A model generated the notes under the pieces. It worked only from the letters and a program-made list of their open reading frames with translations. It was not told where the DNA came from and did not search any database. A stretch of 64,000 nucleotides of DNA from Malacoraja senta (taxonomy: Eukaryota), in NCBI GenBank assembly GCA_038087875.1, contig CM075981.1, positions 1,612,001 through 1,676,000 on the forward strand, given 5' to 3'. Below are positions 22,701 to 34,700 of the stretch, piece after piece. Every line of letters starts with the position of its first letter. Position 1 is the stretch's first letter. The position numbers and the translations under genes were made by a program.

Positions 22701-25700
22701 TTCCTGCCATCATCTCCACATGACCGACACTCAAACATGGGAAGGGAACAGAAATTATCCGTAAATGTGGCCGCAGTTAACTCCTAGACTATATCAGCTT
22801 TGGTCCACTGTGTTAATGTTGACCATTCAGCACCATCGATACTAATCCCATTTACCATCCCCTCACCCACAGTCTTCTCAGACTTGACAATTCATGTGTC
22901 TTCGCCATCTAGGTTTAAAAATATTCCTTGCTCAGATACCCTCCAAATATTCTACTCCTTAACCCAACCCTATGTTCTCCACTTCTACACACATCTGCTG
23001 TGCTGATTTCCCACAAAGTACCCTATCTATGTTCCTCATAGCTTTACACACCTGTAATAGGTTCCCCCTTCTTTTCCTGTGTGGATTAAAATCTCCGACT
23101 ATCCAGCCTCTCCTTCGAACTGTAATGTTTCATCCCAGGCACTACCCCTCGCATGAAATAACCTCCTTAATTTAGAAATCCAGCGTGGAAGCAGCTGCCT
23201 TTCACCTGTGCACTAATTCTATCCTACTCACTAGGGGCAATTTACAGAAGGCAATTAACCTAAAAACCTGCACGTCTTTAGAATATGGGAGACAACCGCA
23301 GCACTTGAATAAAACCCACGCGGTCACATGGAGAACATAAACACTCCGTGCAGACAGTACCCGAAGTCAGGATTGAACTCGGTCTCGGTCTCAGGTTGCT
23401 GTAAGGCAGCAACTCAACTGGTGGGCCACTGTGCCGCCCTAATGTAGGCAACCTGAGTTGGAACCAGCACTACAGCTTATCACGATAACATCTCCCATTT
23501 GCTGCAAATTACACTGAAGAAACATTGCCCTGTCAATTAAACCTATAAACTCCTTATATCGGACAAACATGCTCTCTTGTTCAACTGCAAGTGAAAAGCA
23601 GTGAAACTGATTTTTATTTCCTTGTTCCAACAGGACTTGAATATTCTTGTGAAACTTCGAAAAGAACCAATTATTCTTCAAGGTAAACTACTCTGTTTCC
23701 AATGAAAGGTGCCATGTACTAATTGCTGGTGTTTTGATTGGGATTGCTTCAATTTGCAGAACGTTGTGTCTTCCGTTTACTGGCATTAAAGGCCCTTGGG
23801 AGTATTGATCTGAATGCACAGTGACACAGCCAGTGGAACCACAGCCTCACAATGCCAAGAACCTGAACTTAGGCGCCGTCTATGTGTGTTCTGCAAATTT
23901 CGCCTTTCATTGTGTTGGAAGGAACTGCAGATGCTGGATTAAACTGAATATAGGCACAAAAAACTGAGTATATCGGCGGGTCTGACAGCACCTTTGGAGA
24001 AAAGGCATAGGTGACGTTTCGGGTTGAGTCCCTTCTTCAGAGTGAGGGGCAGGGGAAAGGGAAACGAGAGCGATATCGACGGTGATATAGAAAGGTATAA
24101 AACATTGAATGAAAGATATGCGACAAAAGTAACGATGATGAATGAAACGATCCATTGTTAGCTGTGCGCTCGGTGAAAACGAGTTGTACGGACAATGAGA
24201 CACTACAAGACAGTCAAATTCGTACAATGACTAGGGTGGGGGAGGGACGGGGAGAGAGGGGATGCAAGGGTTATTTGAAGTTATAGAAATCAATATTAAT
24301 ATCGCTTGGCTGTAAGATGCCCAAGCGAAATATATGGCACTGTTCCTCCAATTTCCATTTGGCCTCACTCTGGCAATGGAGAAAGCACAGAATAGAACGG
24401 TCAGTGTGGGAATGGGAGGGGGAGTTAAAGTGTTTAGCAACTGGAAGATCATATAGTCCCAGGCGGATTGAGCGTATGTGTTCAATGAAACGATTGTCCA
24501 GTCAACGTTTGGTCTTGCTGATGTATAAGAGTCCACACCTGATACAATAGATGAGGTTCGAGGCGGTTCAAATGAACTCTGCCGAACCTCAAATGACTGT
24601 TGAGTTCCTTGGACAGAGTCGAGGGGGGAGTTATAGGGACAGATGTTGCATTTCCTGCAGTTGAACGGGAAGGAATCTGGGGAGAGGTTTGTTTGGATGG
24701 GAAAGGATGAGATAACCAGGGAGGTATAGGTCATAAGGTCATAAGGGATAGGAGTAGAATTGGGCATTCAACAGGATTGCACAGGGAACGGTTTCCTGCA
24801 CTCCACCTGGCACTCAAATGCACTTGGACCATCTCCAAAACCTCCCTCCGCTTTCTCGATCACACAATCTCCATCACAGGAGATAGACTATCGATGGATG
24901 TCTATTATAAACTGACTGACTCCCACAACTATCTAGATCGCACTTCTTCTCACAGGATTTGTGTAAATGTGGTTGATGGTCAGCGCAGACCTGAAGGGCC
25001 AAATGGCCTATTTCCATACTGCGTCTCTCTATGGATCCTATGAGCCCAAATATCAGGAAACATAAGCAATGCTTTTGCATGTGTTTCAAGACTGACACTG
25101 AAAGATAAATTTATCTCTTAAACATTCTTCTAAACAAGAATTTAGAAGAATGAGGGGGGACCTCATTGAGACATACATAACAGTGAAAGGCTTGGATAGA
25201 GTGAATGTGGAGAGGGTGTTTCCACCAGTGGGAGAGTCTAGGATTAGAGGAAGTAGCCTCAGAATTAGATGTTCTTTTTAGGAAGGAGATGAGAAATGTC
25301 TTCAGTTAAAGGGTGGTGAATCTGTGGAATAATTTGCCACAGAATGATGTGGAGGCCAAGTCAGTGGATACATTTAAGGCAGAGATAGATAGATTCTTCT
25401 TTAGTACGGGTGTTGGAGGTTATGAGGAAAAGGCAGGAAATGGGGTTAGGTGGGAGAGAAAAATCAGTCATGATTGTATGGCGGAGTAGACTTGATGGGC
25501 CGATTGGCCTAATTCTGCTCCTATTCCTTATGACCTTATGACCGAATTCTATAATAATATACGTATATAATTTGCAAACCAGATATTAGCTAATTAATCA
25601 GAAGGGAAATTGCTTACATCTCATTGTGTTGTGTATATGCTTGGGTTATAAGAACAGGATCCTCCATTTGTTGCCATTCATATGCACTACGGGCTGAAAA

Positions 25701-28700
25701 GATGAAGTACGAGGGGAAGCTGGCCAGGAATATAAATAAGGATAGTAAAAGCTTCTTTAGAAAATGTTAAGGGAAAAAGAGTAGCAAAATTTGATGTGGG
25801 TCCCTTGAAACCAGACATGGGTGAAATTATTATGGGGAACAAGGAAATGACAGAGGAGTTGAACAGGTACTATGGATCTGGCGTCACTAAGGAAGACACA
25901 AACAATCTCCCAGAAGTACTGGAGGACAGAGGATCAAAGGGGGTAGAGGAACTGAAAGAAATTATCATTAGGCGAGAAATAGTATTGGGTGGGCTAATGG
26001 GACTGAAGGATGATAAATCCCCTGGGCCTGATGGTCTGCATACCAGGGTCCTCAGGGAGGTGGCTCTAGAAATAGTGGACGCATTGGTGATCATTTTCGA
26101 ATGTTCAATAGATTCAGGATCAGTTCCTGTGGATTGGATGATAGCTAATGTTATCCCACTTTTCAAGAAAGGAGCGAGCGGGAAAACGGGGAATTACCGA
26201 CCAGTTAGCCTGACTTTGGTGGTGGGAAAGATGTTGGAGTCAATCATTAAAGAGGTAATAATGGGGCATTTGGATAGCAGTAAAATGATTAGTCCAAGTC
26301 AGCATGGATTTATGAAAGGAAAATCACGCTTGACTAATCTTCTGGAATGGTTTGAGGATGTGACAAGTAAAATGGATGAAGGGCAGCCAGTGGATGTAGT
26401 GTCACTCGACTTTCAGAAAGCCTTTGATAGGTCTCGCATGGGAGACTGGTGACTAAAATTAGAGCACATGGTACTGGTAGGGTGTTGACGTGGATAGAAA
26501 ATTGATTGGCAGACACGAATCAAAGCGTAGGAGTGAACGGGTCCTTTTCAGAATGGCATGCAGTGGCGAATGGAGTGCCGCAAGGCTCGGTGTTGGGGCC
26601 GCAACTGTTTACCATATATATTAATGATTTGGAAGAGGGAATTAGGAGCAACGCTAGCAAGTTTGCGGATGACACAAAGCTGGGTGGCAGTGTGAACTGT
26701 GAAGAGGATGTTAGGAGGTTGCAGGGTGACCTGGACAGGTTGAGTGTGTGGGCAGATGCGTGGCAGATGCAGTATAATATAGATAAATGTGAGGTTATCC
26801 ACTTTGGTGGCAAAAAAAAGGGGGCAGATTATTATCTCAATGGGGTTAGGTTAGGTAAGGGGGAGGAACAGCGAGACCTGTGTGTCCTTGTACACCGGTT
26901 ACTGAAAGTTGGCGTCCAGGTACAGCAGGCAGTGAAGAAAGCTAACAAGAGGATTTCAGTACAGGAGTAGAGTGGTTCTTCTGCAGTTGTATAGGGCTCT
27001 GTTAAGACCACATCTGGAGTATTATGTACAGTTTTGGTCTCCTAATTTGCGAAAGGACATCCTTGTGATTGAGGCAGTCCAGCGTAGGTTCACGAGATTG
27101 ATCCCTGGGATGGCGGGACTGTCTTATGAGGAAAGATTGAAAAGACTAGGCTTGTATTCACTGGAGTTTAGAAGGATGAGGGGGTATCTTATAGAAACAT
27201 ATAACATGCTTTTTATTTTTTAAAGACTGGACAAGCTAGATGCAGGTAAAATGTTCCCAATGTTGGGCGAGTCCAGAACCAGGGGCCACAGTCTTAGAAT
27301 AAAGCGGAGGCCATTTAAGACTGAGGTGAGAAAAAACGTTTTCACCCAGTGAGTTGTGAATTTGTGGAATTTCCTGCACAGAGGACAGTGGAGGCCAAAT
27401 CACTGGATGGATTTAAGAGAGAGTTAGATAGAGCTCTAGGGGCTAGTGGAACCAAGGGATATGGGGAGAAGGCAGGCATGGGTTATTGAGTGGGGGCGTT
27501 CAGCCATGATCACAATGAATGGCGGTGCAATGATAGGGCCGAATGGCCTCCTCCTGCACCTATTTTCTATGTTTCTATGTTTCCATGTTTCCATGTTTCT
27601 ATAGGGCGTTCCCTGCGGTATTCACCATGACTTCTCCATCACTAACCTCACCCCATGGTGTGAGATGAGTATAGTTGCCAAACACAACTACTGCTGCTTT
27701 GCCTTGCAGTGACCTGCTCTAGTGTGGTACTGATAGGAAAATGCATAGTGAATTATGGGCTAAATCACCAACTTGCGGAGTTGGTCAAATTCTCAATGTC
27801 AGGCATTCCAACAGCAGGAAGTGTCTCCACCTAGAACGTGACCCTGTGTGGTAGGCACGTTAAGTCACACTGCTGACCTTGAGATGGTCATGGTGAGCTG
27901 CCTTCTGAAGATGTTCCATATTGCAGACAGCTCTAAACGAACAGTCAATGTCCAAACCAATGTTGGTGGATGTGGAGATGGAGTTGTGAATGGCATTGGG
28001 GTGAGATTTGTGGAATGAAGTGCATTGTTTTCTCTTTGGCATGGTGTTCTCTCCACCGAGGTTGGAACAGGGTTGTAGAACCGCGCTCACAACGTGGTGG
28101 TTTCAAGGATAGCTGCAAATATTTGGGTAAATCCCTCAGATACCACACCACTGCAGTACTGAGGGAGGGCAGCGTGCTAGCTGTAAGATATGAAAACTCC
28201 ATTAACAGTGGCATGGTGGGACAGCGATATAGTTGCTGCCTTATTGCCCCAGAGACTTATGTTCGATCCTGACTCCTGTTGCTGTCTGTTCGGAGTTTGT
28301 TCCTTCTCTCAGAGACCACGTGGGTGTTCTCCAGGTGTTCCAGTTTTCTCCCACATTCCAAAGACGTGCAGGTTTGTAGGTTAATTGGCTTCTGTAAATT
28401 GTCTCTAGTGTGTAGGGTAGATCTAATATATGGTGATTACTGGTCGACGCAGATTTGGTGGGCCGAAAGTCCTGTTTACATGCTGTATCTCTAAAATAAA
28501 TTAAATTAACAACAATACAATTTATTTGTCTTTTTTGTCTTTTGGACAAATTTTTCATTTGGACCCCGTTGAGGTCCAAACGAAATGTCGTTTCTGCAGC
28601 CATACATTACAAAACGAAGAAGACCCGAGACACAACACAATTTACACATACATTCCAGCGCTGTGATGGAAGGCAAAAAAACGTATCTCTCCACTGCACT

Positions 28701-31700
28701 CCCCCCCCCCCCCCCCCCGCCCACCATGTCAGAGTCAAAGTCAAAGCCCCCGGCGGGCGATTATCCCGCGGCCATTAAAGCCACGCCGCTTAATGCAAGG
28801 TCGCGCACCGGGTCTTGGTGTTAGAGCCCCGGCGCGCGCTCGCAAAGTCCGGCGGCCATTCCAAGCCGTGCGGGGCGACGATGTAAAGCCCCGCTCCAGG
28901 TGCTCTTCAACCCCGCAACTCGGGCGGGAGAAGTCGCCGCTGCGGAAGCCCCGAAAAGCGGTCTCCCACCAGGGGACCCGCGGGCTTCCGGTGTTGCCGT
29001 CCGCCAGACCCGCGGTTGTAGCCTCCGAATCTCCGGGGGTCGGGAAGCAGCAGCGATTGTCTCCACCACAGCTCCACCCGCTCCGGACTCGGCCAGCCCC
29101 GCGACGGTGAGTAGTCCGCAGCTCCGCAACTGGAGCCCCAGGTCGTTCCTGCTGGAGGCCGCTCCACGTTGCCCAGCCCCAACGACAACGGAGACCCGAC
29201 AAAGAAAAGGTCGGGTCTCCCGTGCAGGGGAAAGATTTTAAAGTCCCCCCCCCACCCCCACCCCCACCCTCCCACACACATACCCCGACAAAAAAAAAAA
29301 AAAAAAACTACATAAAAACGAGACAAAAATAATAAAGAGACAGACGGACTGCAGAGGCCGCTGCAAACGAGTCGCGCCGCCCACCGTTGGATGATAAACT
29401 AAACTAAACTAAACCAAACTCAGCTGAACTAAACTAAAGTAATCATTGCTATTAATGTGTAACAGTTCCCATGCATTGTTTGTGAAGGAGGAGGGAGGGT
29501 TCCTTAATGTTTGGGCGCAATTGCTCTTGAACCAGTTTCATGATCGTTGGTCAATGTCACCTTACTGTGAGCAGATTAGCTGCTGCGTTACTCACCGAAA
29601 CAGACTCTACACCTCATCTCCTTTGCTGCATACTTCAAAAAAATCATGAAAGGTGCCATATAAATTGTTGACTTTTGTTCTTTACTGAAGGCCAAGAATC
29701 AATGATGAGCCATATCTCACCCTTCCCTATTCTCTGTCCGACAGGATCACTTACATAGTTGCGTCTGGTGTCGCTGTGCTTCTCCTGATTCTCATCATTG
29801 CCTTCTTTTGGTACCAAAAGCGTAAAACCAAGGGTGAGTTTCTGATTTCCCTTAAATAATTTCACAATACTTGTCTCAGTTCCCTCCAGAATGTCAAGAG
29901 ATTTAATTCTGATCTAATCAACAAATGCCCTGCATTAAAGTAATACAGTGTTGGAGGAAGCATGGATGATCAATAATGCTATCACGTTTGATGCTATAAT
30001 GGTGACTCGGTGACAAAAACTATTATTTTAACATCATTGTACTTAAACTGTCTGAGTGTGAAATGGCAGAGATGCGTGAGAACTAAGAGGCTAGGTAGAA
30101 GTAAGATTTACATCGATACTCTCATCCTCTCAGCTGTTAGAATATGCTTCGTGTGATTAGCTGTTGTATTTCAAATCAGATTAAGTCGTGTTTATTGTCA
30201 CATGCACAAGCATGATGAAGCACTGTTACAATGAAGATCACACCTGCAGCCTTACAGGGACATAAACAACGTACAACATACCTGCCTCACACAGAGGGCG
30301 GTGGGTATATGACAGGAGCTGCCAGAGGAGGTAGTTGAGGCAGGGCAGGTCTAGCCTGGACAGGTAATCCAAGATGTGAACACCCATGAACTTGAAGCTG
30401 CCAACTATCTTCACTGCCGATGAAAATGTGAAAGTTCACTGAGCTGTTCCTCAGTCAGAGAGCATTAGTGGAAAGTAAAACAGTAAACATTTCACATCCA
30501 AGACCCATTACAACAGGGAAAGAGGGAAAAGAGGGGGGAACCTCATTGAAAGATCAAATAGTGAAAGGCCTAGATACAGTAGATGTAGAATGGATGTAGA
30601 AGGGACTCAAATAGAGAATGCTATTAGACAGTGTGTGAGGCAGGAGGCAGAGAAGGAAAGCACTCAGGCCCAACATGTAGGGGGGAAAGAAGAAAACAAT
30701 AATAAAAAGAGAATAAGAGGTGGTGGGGTTCTTAAATGTGTGAGCAGAGAAACAGAGGGGTGTCAAATGCGGGCGGAAGCAATAGGTAGCAAGGTGAAAA
30801 GTAAAAGTGGCAGGCAGACAAATCCAGGGCAAAAATCAAAAAGAGCCACTTTTCAACATAATTGTATAAGGGGTAAGAGCGTTGTAAAAACAAGCCTGAA
30901 GACTTTGTGTCTCAATGCAAGGAGCATTCGTAATAAGGTGGATGAGTTGAACATGCAGATAGCAATTAATGATTATGATATAGTTGGGATAACGGAGACA
31001 TGACTCCAGGGTGACCAAGGCTGGGAGCTGAACATCCAGGGATATTCAATATTCAGGAGGGATAGAGAGAAAGGAAAAGGAGGTGGGGTAGTGTTGCTGG
31101 TTAGAGAGGAGATTAACGCAGTGGAAAGGAAGGACATTAGCTTGGAGGATGTGGAATCGGTATGGGTAGAGCTGCGAAACACTAAGGGGCAGAAAACGCT
31201 GGTGGGTGTTGTGTACAGGCCACCTAGCAGTAGTAGTGAAGTTGGGGATGGCATCAAACAGGAAATTAGAAATGCGTGCAACAAAGGCAAAACAGTTATA
31301 ATGGGGGACTTCAATCTACATATAGATTGGGTGAATCAAATTGGCAGGGGTGCTGAGGAAGAGGATTTCTTGGAATGTATGAGGGATAGTTATCTAAACC
31401 AACATGTAGAGGAACCAACGAGAGAGCAGGCTATTCTAGACTGGGTATTGAGTAATGAGGAAGGGTTAGTTAGCAGACTTGTTGTGCGTGCCCCCTTGGG
31501 CAAGAGTGACCATAATATGGTTGAGTTCTTCATTAGGATGGAGAGTGACATTGTTAATTCAGAAACAACGGTTCTGAACTTAAAGAAAGGTAACTTTGAG
31601 GGTATGAGACGTGAATTGGCCAAGATTGACTGGCAATTAGTTCTAAAAGGGTTGACGGTGGATATGCAATGGAAGGCATTTAAAGACCGCATGGATGAAC

Positions 31701-34700
31701 TACAAAAATTGTTCATCCCAGTTTGGCAAAAGAATAAATCAGGGAAGGTAGTGCATCCGTGGATAACAAGGGAAATCAGGGATAGTATCAAAGCAAAAGA
31801 TGATGCGTACAAATTAGCCAGAAAAAGCAGCATACCAGAGGACTGGGAGAAATTCAGAGACCAGCAGAGGAGGACAAAGGGCTTAATTAGGAAAGGGAAA
31901 ATAGATTATGAAAGGAAACTGGCAGGGAACATAAAAACTGACTGCAAAAGTTTTTATAGATATGTGAAGAGAAAGAGATTAGTTAAAACAAATGTAGGTC
32001 CCTTGCAGTCAGAAACAGGTGAATTGATGATGGGGAACAAGGATATGGCGGACCAATTGAATAACTACTTTGGTTCCGTCTTCACTAAGGAAGACATAAA
32101 TAATCTGCCGGAAATAGCAGGGGGCCGCGGGTCAAAGGAGATGGAGGAACTGAGTGAAATCCAGGTTAGTCGGGAAGTGGTGTTGGGTAAATTGAATGGA
32201 CTAAAGGCCGATAAATCACCAGGGCCAGATAGGCTGCATCCCAGAGTACTTAAGGAAGTAGCTCCAGAAATAGTGGATGCATTAGTGCTAATTTTTCAAA
32301 ACTCTTTAGATTCTGGAGTAGTTCCTGAGGATTGGAGGGTAGCAAACGTAACCCCACTTTTTAAGAAGGGAGGGAGAGAGAAAACGGGGAATTACAGACC
32401 AGTTAGTCTAACATCGGTAGTGGGGAAACTGCTAGAGTCAGTTATTAAAGATGGGATAGCAGCACATTTGGAAAGTGGTGAAATCATTGGACAAAGTCAG
32501 CATGGATTTACGAAAGGTAAATCGTGTCTGACGAATCTTATAGAATTTTTCGAGGATGTAACTAGTAGAGTGGATAGGGGAGAACCAGTGGATGTGTTGT
32601 ATCTGGACTTTCAGAAGGCTTTCGACAAGGTACCACATAAGAGATTAGGATACAAACTTAAATCACACGGTATTGGGGGTTCAGTATTGATGTGGATAGA
32701 GAACTGGCTGGCAAACAGGAAGCAAAGAGTAGGAGTAAACGGGTCCTTTTCACAATGGCAAGCAGTGACTAGTGGGGTACCGCAAGACTCAGTGCTGGGA
32801 CCCCAGCTATTTACAATTTATATTAATGATCTGGACGAGGGAATTGAAAGCAACATCTCCAAGTTTGCGGATGACACTAAGCTGGGGGGCAGTGTTAGCT
32901 GTGAGGAGGATGCCAGGAGACTGCAAGGTGACTTGGATAGGCTGGGTGAGTGGGCAAATGTTTGGCAGATGCAGTATAATGTGGATAAATGTGAGGTTAT
33001 CCACTTTGGTGGCAAAAACGGGAAGGCAGACTATTATCTAAATGGTGGCCGATTAGGAAATGGGGAGATGCAGCGAGACCTGGGTGTCATGGTACACCAG
33101 TCATTGAAAGTAGTCATGCAGGTGCAGCAGGCAGTGAAGAAAGCGAATGGTATGTTGGCCTTCATAGCAAGAGGATTTGAGTATAGGAGCAGGGAGGTTC
33201 TACTGCAGTTGTACAGGGTCTTGGTGAGACCACACCTGGAGTATTGCGTACAGTTTTGGTCTCCAAATCTGAGGAAGGACATTATAGCCATAGAGGGAGT
33301 GCAGAGAAGGTTCACCAGACTGATTCCTGGGATGTCAGGACTGTCATATGAAGAAAGACTGGATAGACTTGGCTTATACTCGCTAGAATTTAGGAGATTG
33401 AGAGGGGATCTTATAGAAACGTACAAAATTCTTATGGGGTTGGCCAGGCTAGATGCAGGAAGATTGTTCCCGATGTTGGGGAAGCCCAGGACAAGGGGTC
33501 ACAGCTCAAGGATAAGGGGGAAATCCTTTAAGACCGAGATGAGGAAAAACTTTTTCACACAGAGAGTGGTGAATCTCTGGAACTCTCTACCACAGAGGGT
33601 AGTTGAGGCCAGTTCATTGGCTATATTTAAGAGGGAGTTAGATGTGGCCCTTGTGGCTAAGGGGATCAGGGGGTATGGAGAGAAGGCAGGTACGGGATAC
33701 TGAGTTGGATGATCAGCCATGATCATATTGAATGGCGGTGCAGGCTCGAAGGGCCGAATGGCCTACTCCTGCACCTATTTTCTATGTTTCTATGTTTCTA
33801 TTAGTGGGATAGTCTAGGACCAGAGATCATAACTTCAGAATTAAAGGACATTCCTTTATGATGGACATGAGGAATAATTTAGTTCGTCAGAGGGTGATGA
33901 ATCTGTGGAATTATTTGCCACATAAGGCTGTGGAGCCCGTCAATAGATATTTTAAGGCATAGATAGATTCTTGATTCGTACAGGTGCCCTGGATTATGGA
34001 GGGAAGGCAGGAGAAAGAGGTTAGGAGGGAGAGATAGATCAGCCATGGTTAAATGGCGGAGTAGATGGATGGGCTGCATAGCTTTATTCTACTCTTATCA
34101 CTCATGAACTTATGAAAACCTTTTGAAGCAGATTAGGTTAGGGTGATGGACACAAAATGCTGGAGTAACTGAGCGAAACAAGCAGCATCTCTGGAGAGAA
34201 GTAATGTGTGATGTTTTAGGTCGAAACTCTTTTTCAGACTGATGTCAGGCGAGTGGCAGTACTGACATAAAGTATAGTCGGACACAGTAAGACTGGTCAG
34301 AGAACTTCGAAGGGGGAGTGGATGGAGGGAGGGAAAGCAAGGGCTACTTGAAGTTAGAGAAGTCAATGTTCATACCGCTGGGGTGTAACCAGCCCAAGGA
34401 AATATGAGGTGCTGTTTCTCCAATTTGTGCTGGGCCTCACTCTGAGAATGGATGAGGCCCAGGACAGAATGGTTAGTGTGGGAATGGGAGTAGGAGTTAA
34501 AGTGTTGATCAACCGGGAGATCAGGTAGGTTTAGGCAGCTTCAGTGTGAGATGGGGTAGAGTACAGGGAATATGATCCATTCTGAACATTACGTATAGTA
34601 ACCAAAACAACAGGGCAGATTCTTACTCCATACGTGCAAATATACTGCAGTGCCTTTGGGGTTCTCCTAAATATAAGGTCGTGGCAACAACACGTAGATG

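Noticed and set aside
28741-29326. Overlapping 100-180 aa ORFs on both strands
   Set aside because: Expected from high GC content; low-complexity Gly/Arg/Pro translations.
30973-33726. Minus-strand ORFs over the long CR1 (and plus-strand ORFs over 12349-13785)
   Set aside because: Antisense shadows of LINE ORF2.
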